Shown: positions 8,343 to 16,046 of the stretch, piece after piece
Layout: each line of letters begins with the position of its first letter
How positions within the stretch are numbered: position 1 is the stretch's first letter
The notes under the pieces: model-generated
What the model was told of the DNA's origin: nothing
Seen by the model: only the letters and a program-made list of their open reading frames with translations
Databases searched by the model: none
Source of the DNA: an uncultured Porphyromonadaceae bacterium
Lineage (GTDB): Bacteria; Bacteroidota; Bacteroidia; Bacteroidales; UBA11471
DNA length: 64,000 nucleotides
Assembly: GCA_900547555.1 (NCBI GenBank)
Contig: URHG01000003.1
Coordinates: 21,297-85,296 of the forward strand
Direction of reading: 5' to 3'
Position numbers and translations under genes: made by a program

Positions 8343-8598
8343 CGAAAAAACAATCGTATTCGCTAATAAAATAGGCTTTTAAATTATCCATAAAGTCTTT
8401 CTATCGGGATTGCTGCATTTGTGTCTTAAAATTTTTACGAGAATATCCCTGTACACCTTGTCTTTACATATATGTACGGATTGTAAAATATCGTTTGCAT
8501 GTATATCGTCTTACCGGAAAAAACGAATAGAACAAGCATCTGAAAAATTATATCGAAAAAAGTAGCTCTTTATCGAACATAATAAAAAGGCTTATTCG

Positions 8599-8606
8599 TA
8601 CCTTTG
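8599..8606 (+). promoter_or_regulatory. Candidate -7 box (TACCTTTG) for lrgAB
   Basis: Exact TAnnTTTG match 29 nt upstream of the ATG at 8635. Confidence 0.45.
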
Positions 8607-8634
8607 CGCCGAATTTTTCAAGAGGGTTCGGAAT

Positions 8635-8988
8635 ATGGTAAGACAATGTGCTATCTTGTTCGGTTGCTTGGCCTTAGGTGAGCTTGTCGTGTATCTTACC
8701 GACGTAAAACTACCGTCGAGCATCATAGGAATGTTATTGCTCACGCTGTTTCTCAAATTAGGTTGGATAAAGTTGCATTGGGTACGCGGCCTTTCCGATT
8801 TTCTGGTCGCCAACTTAGGTTTCTTTTTCGTCCCTCCCGGAGTGGCACTCATGCTCTACTTCGATGTGATAGCCGTGCAGTTTTGGCCCATCGTTATCGC
8901 GACGGTTGTCAGTACCGTATTGGTATTGGTCGTTACCGGATGGTCTCATCAGTTAACACGTAAGACAAATGGACTTCTTAGAAAATAA
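8635..8988 (+). CDS. lrgA: CidA/LrgA family holin-like membrane protein
   Basis: 117 aa with four hydrophobic helices. It overlaps the downstream LrgB-type gene by 20 nt, which is the typical lrgAB arrangement. Confidence 0.75.
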   Translation: MVRQCAILFGCLALGELVVYLTDVKLPSSIIGMLLLTLFLKLGWIKLHWVRGLSDFLVANLGFFFVPPGVALMLYFDVIAVQFWPIVIATVVSTVLVLVVTGWSHQLTRKTNGLLRK

Positions 8989-9664
8989 ATTTTTTCTATT
9001 GGCGCTTACATTCGCATTCTTTTTCGGGGCGAAAGAATTACAGAAAAAAACAGGTTTTATCCTACTGAATCCTATATTGGTTACGATTGCCCTGCTTATC
9101 GTTTTCCTGCAATTCACAGACATCAGTTATGAAACGTATGAGGAAAGCGGCTATCTTATCGAGTTCTGGCTCAAACCGGCAGTGGTAGCTCTCGGCGTGC
9201 CTCTTTACCTGCAACTCGAAACGATCAAGAAACAGCTTCTGCCCATCATCGTGTCGCAATTGGTCGGTTGTCTGGTAGGAATCATTTCGGTCGTTTGGGT
9301 TGCCAAACTTTTAGGAGCCACGCAAGAAGTTATTATATCGCTGGCCTCCAAGTCGGTAACGACCCCTATTGCCATGGAGGTAACACAGGCCGTCGGGGGT
9401 ATCCCCTCACTCACAGCGGCTGTGGTGGTATGTGTCGGTATATTCGGCGCGATTTTCGGATTCAAAGTATTGTCGATCGGACACGTGAAAAGTCCCATTG
9501 CGCAAGGATTGTCTATGGGTACGGCTTCACATGCCGTAGGTACTTCGGCGGCGATGGAGGTCAGCGGAAAGTACGGGGCGTATGCCGGATTGGGATTGAC
9601 GCTCAACGGTATCTTCACCGCCCTTTTTACCCCTACGATTTTACGAATGTTGGGATTGATTTGA
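8969..9664 (+). CDS. lrgB: LrgB/CidB family membrane protein
   Basis: 231-aa polytopic protein with the motifs SKSVTTPIAME and GTASHAVGT, typical of LrgB. Confidence 0.8.
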   Translation: MDFLENKFFLLALTFAFFFGAKELQKKTGFILLNPILVTIALLIVFLQFTDISYETYEESGYLIEFWLKPAVVALGVPLYLQLETIKKQLLPIIVSQLVGCLVGIISVVWVAKLLGATQEVIISLASKSVTTPIAMEVTQAVGGIPSLTAAVVVCVGIFGAIFGFKVLSIGHVKSPIAQGLSMGTASHAVGTSAAMEVSGKYGAYAGLGLTLNGIFTALFTPTILRMLGLI

Positions 9665-9882
9665 CGAGCTTTTATCAGAAAGCTCATTCCTCCTTTGTTT
9701 GGAATCGGAACGATTTGAAAAAAACGTATTCGGAATCGCATCAAGTCATACTAAAAGGTTGTTGTTGCAACTCCTACTTGTCGATAAGGGAAATTTCGCT
9801 TTTTATTCCTATCTTTGATACTTCCGTTCGGCAGAACCAAAATTAAAGCAAGCTTCATGTTGTCTTTGCGCTCACTTATCCG

Positions 9883-9890
9883 TATCTTTG
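9883..9890 (+). promoter_or_regulatory. Candidate -7 box (TATCTTTG) for the DEAD-box helicase gene
   Basis: Exact TAnnTTTG match 22 nt upstream of the ATG at 9912. A second copy of TATCTTTG lies at 9810-9817. Confidence 0.4.
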
Positions 9891-9911
9891 TTCCTTGAAA
9901 AAAGAATAGAT

Positions 9912-11351
9912 ATGAAATTTGAAGATTTGAATTTGGAACCGGATGTCTTACAGGGACTCGACGCCATGAATTTCAAGGAAGCGACTCCCGTGCAGGAAGC
10001 AACGATTCCCGTCGTTCTCGATGGGAAAGACTTGATTGCCTGCGCTCAAACCGGAACCGGAAAAACAGCCGCTTATATATTGCCTTTGCTCAATCTGCTT
10101 ACCCGCCGCCCCTCGGAAAAAGATGCGGTACGTGCTATCGTTATCGCCCCTACCCGGGAATTGGCCCAACAGATCGATATGCAGTTCGAGGGATTTTCCT
10201 ACTTTCTGCCCATTTCCACTTTTGTCGTAGCAGGAGGCGGTGATGGGGCGCAATGGGATCAGCAGAAACGAGGCTTGCAAATGGGGGCCGATGTGATGAT
10301 CGCTACGCCGGGACGGCTTATATCACATCTGCTCAACACCAAAGTCGACTTGTTGGGGGTTGAATATCTCGTACTCGATGAGGCCGACCGCATGCTCGAC
10401 ATGGGTTTTTACGACGACATTATGCAGATATGCTCTTTCTTACCCAAAGATCGTCAGACATTGCTGTTCTCGGCAACCATGCCGCCGAAGATACGCCAAC
10501 TTGCCCGTCAGATTCTGCACGAGCCCGAAGAAGTGAGTATCGCTATTTCCAAACCGAACGAATCGATCCGCCAATCGGCTTACATCTGTTATGAACCCCA
10601 GAAAATGGGAATCATCAATGCTGTCTTTTCACAAGGCGTAAAAGGTAAAACGATTATATTCTCGTCGTCGAAATTGAAAGTGAAGCAACTTACCACGGCC
10701 CTCCGTCGCAGGAATTACAATGCGCGTGCCATGCACTCCGATCTCGACCAGCCGCAACGAGAAGAGGTCATGCTCGATTATAAAAACGGAAAAATCGATA
10801 TTCTCGTTGCAACCGATATTGTTTCGCGAGGTATAGATATTACCGATATTGTACTGGTTATCAATTATGATGTCCCGCACGACCCCGAAGACTATATTCA
10901 TCGTATAGGCCGTACCGCGCGGGCTAATGCCGAGGGTGAGGCCATGACGTTTGTCTCGGTCGAAGATCAGGATCGTTTCTATCGGATAGAAAAATTCCTC
11001 GAACGGGAAGTGCCCAAAATGCCCCTGCCCGAGGGATTGGGTGAAGCTCCCGAGTATGATATTATGTCGCTCGACCGGCGTTCTTCCCGCAAAGGCGGTA
11101 GAGGACGTTCGGGAAAAAACGGTCGTCCGTCAGGTAATGCAGGTGGAAACCGTCGCAAAGGAAATTTCCGAAAATCGAAATCCCCGGCCGTTACAGAGCA
11201 CCCCGAAGAGACATCTGCCGATACACGTCGGCATACCGGTGAGGGAGAAACCACATCGAAAAAAAGGAATAACTCCAGCCGATACAATCGCCGACGACAC
11301 CCGGGTAATCATAATGAGGCATCGACCGATACTCCCCCCAAAACGGAATAA
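9912..11351 (+). CDS. DEAD-box ATP-dependent RNA helicase with basic Gly/Arg-rich C-terminal tail
   Basis: The start was trimmed to MKFEDLNL. Motifs present are the Q motif (FKEATPVQ), AQTGTGKTAAY, PTRELA, DEAD, SAT and HRIGRTAR. The tail reads RRSSRKGGRGRSGKNGRPSGNAGGNRRKGNFRK. Confidence 0.9.
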   Translation: MKFEDLNLEPDVLQGLDAMNFKEATPVQEATIPVVLDGKDLIACAQTGTGKTAAYILPLLNLLTRRPSEKDAVRAIVIAPTRELAQQIDMQFEGFSYFLPISTFVVAGGGDGAQWDQQKRGLQMGADVMIATPGRLISHLLNTKVDLLGVEYLVLDEADRMLDMGFYDDIMQICSFLPKDRQTLLFSATMPPKIRQLARQILHEPEEVSIAISKPNESIRQSAYICYEPQKMGIINAVFSQGVKGKTIIFSSSKLKVKQLTTALRRRNYNARAMHSDLDQPQREEVMLDYKNGKIDILVATDIVSRGIDITDIVLVINYDVPHDPEDYIHRIGRTARANAEGEAMTFVSVEDQDRFYRIEKFLEREVPKMPLPEGLGEAPEYDIMSLDRRSSRKGGRGRSGKNGRPSGNAGGNRRKGNFRKSKSPAVTEHPEETSADTRRHTGEGETTSKKRNNSSRYNRRRHPGNHNEASTDTPPKTE

Positions 11352-11447
11352 GTCGGATAAGTTCGTTTTAGATATTTTATGTCGGGCTTTACAATTTGGT
11401 AAACGATTGTTTTTGCAAAATGCTGTTATCGAACGAAATCGCAAAAT

Positions 11448-11481
11448 AAAAACAGGGAAAGACAAATCTTTCCCTGTTTTT
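11448..11481 (+). terminator. Rho-independent terminator of the helicase gene
   Basis: 14-bp stem aaaaacagggaaag / ctttccctgttttt with loop acaaat and a T-run. Confidence 0.7.
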
Positions 11482-11743
11482 ATTGTTAAGGCTCGACGTT
11501 GCCCACTATGGTATTTCCATCGATTGTGATGGATTGGGTATCATCCAAATAGTAAACTTGTTGTACCCAGCTATTCATATTGCTCCATCCATATTGGGAA
11601 GATGCTTTGGTTATGTAAATCTTTATCGTTTCTGCCTTTTCATGTGCAATAAACGTGATAGGGTCGGTATTTTTTTATACCCAACAAAAGCAACTGTCGA
11701 AATTTTATACCCATTATGCAGTTAGTAGGTACATAAATTGTAG

Positions 11744-11751
11744 TAATTTTG
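11744..11751 (+). promoter_or_regulatory. Candidate -7 box (TAATTTTG) for the MATE gene
   Basis: Exact TAnnTTTG match 41 nt upstream of the ATG at 11792. Confidence 0.4.
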
Positions 11752-11791
11752 TGCCCCGGAAAGAAATAGAGCAAAAATCCGCTACCATATC

Positions 11792-13204
11792 ATGTATCGA
11801 CGAAAAAAAGACTTGCTGCGGTTTGTGCGCAGCGGGCAACCTATGACCGTACGTCAACAGGTGTATCTGGCCGCCCAATTGAGCGTGCCGTCTATTTTCG
11901 CGCAGATTTCGTCGGTAATCATGCAATATATCGACGCCTCTATGGTCGGGAGTTTAGGTGCGAACGCGTCGGCCTCCATCGGGCTTGTCTCTACGACTAC
12001 ATGGTTGTTTATGGGACTATGTACATCGGTGGCCGCTGGATTTGCCGTGCAAGTGGCGCATCTTCTCGGTGCCAAAGACGACAAGGGTGCTCGCGTGGTA
12101 TTGCGTCAGGCACTTGTTTTATCCTTGCTTTTCGGTTTTTTGTTGGCCGCCATAGGTTGCGGTATCAGCGGATATTTACCCCGTTGGCTCGGTGGAGACG
12201 AAGCGATTCGGCACGATGCGACGGGGTATTTTATGATTTACGCCCTTTCACTGCCTGCACTCCAACTCAATATGTTGGCCGGCAGCATGTTGCGATGCAG
12301 CGGAAATGTATATGTACCGAGCGTATTGAATATGCTCATGTGCGTGATGGACGTGATATTCAATCTTTTCCTGATATTCCCTTCCCAAACATATGAAATA
12401 GCCGGTTTCTCCTTTTATCTTCCCGGTGCAGGATTGGGTGTAGAAGGAGCAGCTTTGGGCACGGCTCTCGCATTGCTTGTTACGGCTTTGCTGATGCTTT
12501 ACTTTCTATGCTTCCGATCATCCGAATTGGGGTTACGTCATCGCCGGGAGAAACTTTTTTTTACGGGCAATTGTCTGCGTCGGGCTTTTCGCATCGGTCT
12601 GCCTATGGGGTGCGAGCGCATTATCATGTGCGGTGCACAAATCTTGTCGACGGTTATCGTGGCCCCATTGGGGATATATGCCATAGCAGCCAACGCTTTT
12701 GCGATTACGGCCGAGAGCCTTTGTTATATGCCCGGCTACGGAATCGCCGATGCCGCCACAACGCTGGTAGGGCAAAGTCTCGGTGCAAAACGCCATGATT
12801 TGGCACGGAGTTTCGCTCGCATCACCGTAATTATGGGTATGGCGGTCATGACGGTAATGGGTGCCATCATGTACCTTGCCGCACCTTTGATGATAGGTGT
12901 CATGACACCGGTTCCCGAAGTCGTTTCGCTGGGTGTTTCCATTTTACGTATCGAGGCGTTTGCCGAACCGATGTTCGCTGCCGCCATTGTGGCTTACGGC
13001 GTATTTATCGGAGCCGGCGATACATTGATTCCGGCAGCGATGAATTTCGTGAGTATTTGGGGCGTTCGTCTTACGCTGGCCGCTTTACTGGCACCTTCTA
13101 TGGGACTGCGCGGCGTGTGGATTGCAATGTGCATCGAACTCTGTTTCCGGGGTATGATATTCCTCGCCCGCATGAAATGGGGAAGATGGATCAAGCGACT
13201 GTAA
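11792..13204 (+). CDS. MATE family efflux transporter
   Basis: 470 aa, about 12 hydrophobic helices, and the typical MATE N-terminus (LAAQLSVPSIFAQISSVIMQYIDASMVGSLG). Confidence 0.85.
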   Translation: MYRRKKDLLRFVRSGQPMTVRQQVYLAAQLSVPSIFAQISSVIMQYIDASMVGSLGANASASIGLVSTTTWLFMGLCTSVAAGFAVQVAHLLGAKDDKGARVVLRQALVLSLLFGFLLAAIGCGISGYLPRWLGGDEAIRHDATGYFMIYALSLPALQLNMLAGSMLRCSGNVYVPSVLNMLMCVMDVIFNLFLIFPSQTYEIAGFSFYLPGAGLGVEGAALGTALALLVTALLMLYFLCFRSSELGLRHRREKLFFTGNCLRRAFRIGLPMGCERIIMCGAQILSTVIVAPLGIYAIAANAFAITAESLCYMPGYGIADAATTLVGQSLGAKRHDLARSFARITVIMGMAVMTVMGAIMYLAAPLMIGVMTPVPEVVSLGVSILRIEAFAEPMFAAAIVAYGVFIGAGDTLIPAAMNFVSIWGVRLTLAALLAPSMGLRGVWIAMCIELCFRGMIFLARMKWGRWIKRL

Positions 13205-13264
13205 ATCGGTATTTTGGGTTGGTAAAAACGGAATTCGTATACAATACGATCCATATATATGTTC

Positions 13265-13272
13265 TATTTTTG
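13265..13272 (+). promoter_or_regulatory. Candidate -7 box (TATTTTTG)
   Basis: Exact TAnnTTTG match 53 nt upstream of the ATG at 13325. Confidence 0.35.
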
Positions 13273-13324
13273 CATCGATGAAAATAGGATTGAATCAAAA
13301 AATATAATGAAAGATCATTAAGTT

Positions 13325-14176
13325 ATGGAGCAAATAAAAAATACCGAATTCGAGGGCGAACGCCCGCTGTTTGCCTCTCACGGCCTTTATCTCGAAAATG
13401 TAACCATTCATGCCGGAGAGTCAGCTTTGAAAGAGTGTTCCCGCATCGAAGCCGTAAATTGCTGCTTCGAAGGGAAATATCCGTTTTGGCACAACGACGG
13501 GTTTGTCATACGCCACTGTCTTTTTACCGAAGGAGCACGGGCTGCCCTATGGTATTCCCGCAATCTCGAAATGAGCGATACGGTAGTCAATGCGCCGAAA
13601 ATGTTCCGGGAGATGGAAAACATTCGCCTGAAAAACATACAGTTGACCGATGCCGCCGAGACCCTGTGGCACTGCCGCAATATCGATTTGAAAGACGTCC
13701 ATATCGAAAAGGCCGACTATCTATTCATGCACAGCGAGAATATCCGTATCGAAGATTACCGGCAGCAGGGAAACTATTCGTTCCAGTATTGCCGCAACGT
13801 GGAGATACGCCGTGCGGTGATCGACTCGAAAGACGCATTTTGGAATTCCGAAAACGTTACCGTCTACGATTCTGAAATCGACGGTGAGTATTTAGGTTGG
13901 CACTCGCATAACCTGCGTTTGGTCAATTGTAAAATTTCAGGAACACAACCGCTCTGTTACGCGCATGGTTTAGTGCTGGAAAATTGTATCTTTGCTCCCG
14001 ACGCCGACCTCGCTTTTGAATACAGCACCGTGCAAGCGACCATCGACAGTGCCGTGTGCAGCGTAAAGAATCCGACAAGCGGCCGCATCGTTGCCCGGAG
14101 CTTCGGAGAAATCATTATCGACGAAAACATCAAAGCTCCGGCCGACTGCGAAATAAAACGATATAACGAACTGTAA
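13325..14176 (+). CDS. DUF3737-like right-handed beta-helix repeat protein
   Basis: 283 aa. It shows periodic 'N/D-V-x-I/L' beta-helix turns. The segments FEGERPLFASHGL, GKYPFWHNDG and DAFWNSENVTVYDSEIDGEYLGWHS match my recollection of the DUF3737 family. Confidence 0.55.
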   Translation: MEQIKNTEFEGERPLFASHGLYLENVTIHAGESALKECSRIEAVNCCFEGKYPFWHNDGFVIRHCLFTEGARAALWYSRNLEMSDTVVNAPKMFREMENIRLKNIQLTDAAETLWHCRNIDLKDVHIEKADYLFMHSENIRIEDYRQQGNYSFQYCRNVEIRRAVIDSKDAFWNSENVTVYDSEIDGEYLGWHSHNLRLVNCKISGTQPLCYAHGLVLENCIFAPDADLAFEYSTVQATIDSAVCSVKNPTSGRIVARSFGEIIIDENIKAPADCEIKRYNEL

Positions 14177-14189
14177 ACCCAATCGAGTT

Positions 14190-15347
14190 ATGAAGTACGA
14201 TTTCGATGCAGAGATTTCCCGCCGGGGAACCCGCTCTTACAAATGGGACTCGGCAGCACGAGAAGATGTGTTGCCCATGTGGGTGGCCGATATGGATTTC
14301 CGTACAGCCGAGCCCATCATAGAAGCCTTGCGCCGTCGGACGGAACACGGCATTTTCGGCTATACGCGCGTTCCCGATGCTTACTATGAGGCTCTCACCC
14401 GATGGTTCGAGCGTCGGCATGGTTGGACTATCCGGCGCGACTGGGTCATCTACACATCGGGTGTCGTACCGGCAGTATCGGCCATTATCAAAGCTCTTAC
14501 CGCTCCGGGTGACCGGGTTCTGGTACAGACACCGGTGTACAACTGTTTCTTTTCGTCGATACGCAACAACGGCTGCGAAACGGCGGTCAGTCCTCTTGTA
14601 TATGCCGATGGTACTTACACCGTCGATTTCGACGACTTCGAAAAAAAGGCCGCCGATCCGCGAGTAAAACTTTTCTTGTTGTGTAACCCTCACAATCCCG
14701 GAGGTCGGGTATGGACACGTGAAGAACTTATCCGCATGGGCGAGATATGTATTCGTAACGGTGTGTATATCGTGGCCGACGAAATTCATTGCGAGCTGGT
14801 TTTTCCGGGGAATGTTTACATTCCTTTTGCCTCTCTTTCGCCCGAATTTTCCTCTCACTCTGTAACCTGCAATTCGCCCAGCAAGGCGTTCAATATCGCC
14901 GGATTGCAAATCGCCAATATCATCGCTCCCGATGATGACATACGTGCCCGGATAGACAGGGCAATCAATATCAACGAAGTATGCGACGTAAACCCATTCG
15001 GGGTGGAAGCTCTCATCGCCGCCTATAACGAGGGGGAAGAATGGCTGTCGCAGTTGCTCGTGTACCTGAAAAGAAACGACGATTTCATGTGGGATTTCTG
15101 TCATCGGAACCTACCGCAGTTTCCTCTCACGCGCCTTGAAGGGACTTATCTCGAATGGATGGATTGCAAGGCTATCGGTCTTGCATCGGCAGACTTGGAG
15201 AGACGCCTTATCGACGAAGCCGGTCTGTGGCTCAATGCCGGTACGATGTACGGAGGCGAAGGATTCATGCGTTGGAACATTGCTTGTCCCCGCTCCCGTC
15301 TCGCCGAGGGATTGAAACGCTTCCAGCAATATGTCTCTTCATTATAA
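14190..15347 (+). CDS. PatB/MalY family PLP-dependent cystathionine beta-lyase (C-S lyase)
   Basis: 385 aa. The N-terminus is YDFDAEISRRGTRSYKWD, the PLP-lysine context is NSPSKAFNIAGL, and the fold is aminotransferase class I/II. Confidence 0.85.
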   Translation: MKYDFDAEISRRGTRSYKWDSAAREDVLPMWVADMDFRTAEPIIEALRRRTEHGIFGYTRVPDAYYEALTRWFERRHGWTIRRDWVIYTSGVVPAVSAIIKALTAPGDRVLVQTPVYNCFFSSIRNNGCETAVSPLVYADGTYTVDFDDFEKKAADPRVKLFLLCNPHNPGGRVWTREELIRMGEICIRNGVYIVADEIHCELVFPGNVYIPFASLSPEFSSHSVTCNSPSKAFNIAGLQIANIIAPDDDIRARIDRAININEVCDVNPFGVEALIAAYNEGEEWLSQLLVYLKRNDDFMWDFCHRNLPQFPLTRLEGTYLEWMDCKAIGLASADLERRLIDEAGLWLNAGTMYGGEGFMRWNIACPRSRLAEGLKRFQQYVSSL

Positions 15348-15433
15348 AAAATAGAAACTCCCGTTTATTGATGCCCTCATGGTATCATATAGTTGAGGCT
15401 CATAGAACTTGAATTGTCGGTTCGGTATAATGG

Positions 15434-15859
15434 TATCATTCCAAACTGAGTGCCATACGAGTAGTCTGTTCAAGCACAGCCGAAGCGCAAAGGAGGGAAA
15501 CGAAGTCAACCGAGGTCGGTAGGCCCGACGAGGAATCTCTAACACGCCACACTACTCATGGCTGTCATTCCGAGCACATGCGAGGAATCTCCGGTCCTCT
15601 CATCAGGTTAAGATTCTTCGGTGCTTCGCACCTCAGAATGACAGAAATGTCATTCTGAGCGAGGATAACCGACCAACGATAATCCCATATATTATTGATT
15701 GATTCTTCACTTCGCTCACGCTGCGTTCAGAATGACAGCACACCGTAAAGACTGCATCGCTTGGTTATATCATTCCGAGCGAGGGCAATAACCCGACGAG
15801 GAATCTCGTGCTCTTTGTTTGAAATTCTTCGCTTCGCTCACGCTGCGTTCAGAATGACA
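15434..15859. repeat. Mosaic array C of short structured repeat units (7 units; degenerate remnants continue to about 15950)
   Basis: Units lie at 15434-15539 (long variant), 15563-15591, 15610-15643 (rev), 15648-15686 (degenerate 3' arm), 15701-15737 (rev), 15768-15807 and 15823-15859 (rev). The array sits between the convergent 3' ends of patB-like and glnN. Confidence 0.85.
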
Positions 15860-15986
15860 TGCCGTTTGCAAGAGACTCTTCCTTCCTCCTACCAGTAGTT
15901 CGGAATCTCATCATTTCTTTTTTATTGGGGATTCTTTATTTTGCTTACGTTAGGTCTGTATATCAATTCTTACCCTAAAAGAAACA

Positions 15987-16030
15987 TAGAAGAGCGGGCT
16001 GTGCTTTTACAAACACAGCCCGCTCTTCTA
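15987..16030 (-). terminator. Rho-independent terminator of glnN
   Basis: 17-bp stem tagaagagcgggctgtg / cacagcccgctcttcta with a 10-nt loop. A T-rich tract follows on the minus strand. Confidence 0.65.
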
Positions 16031-16046
16031 TGGAGGAAAACTTTCA

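Noticed and set aside
9205-9744. 179-aa minus-strand ORF over lrgB; likewise 29700-30392 over the first Ntn hydrolase gene, and the plus-strand ORFs at 1015-1656 over the LRR gene
   Set aside because: All are antisense to genes with clear family signatures. In the LRR case the apparent periodicity is simply the mirror of the sense-strand repeats.
14130-15104. 324-aa minus-strand ORF covering the patB-like gene
   Set aside because: It is antisense to a CDS with clear PLP-lyase motifs. Its translation is low-complexity and Arg/Gly/Val-rich with no recognisable motif. This is a typical shadow ORF.
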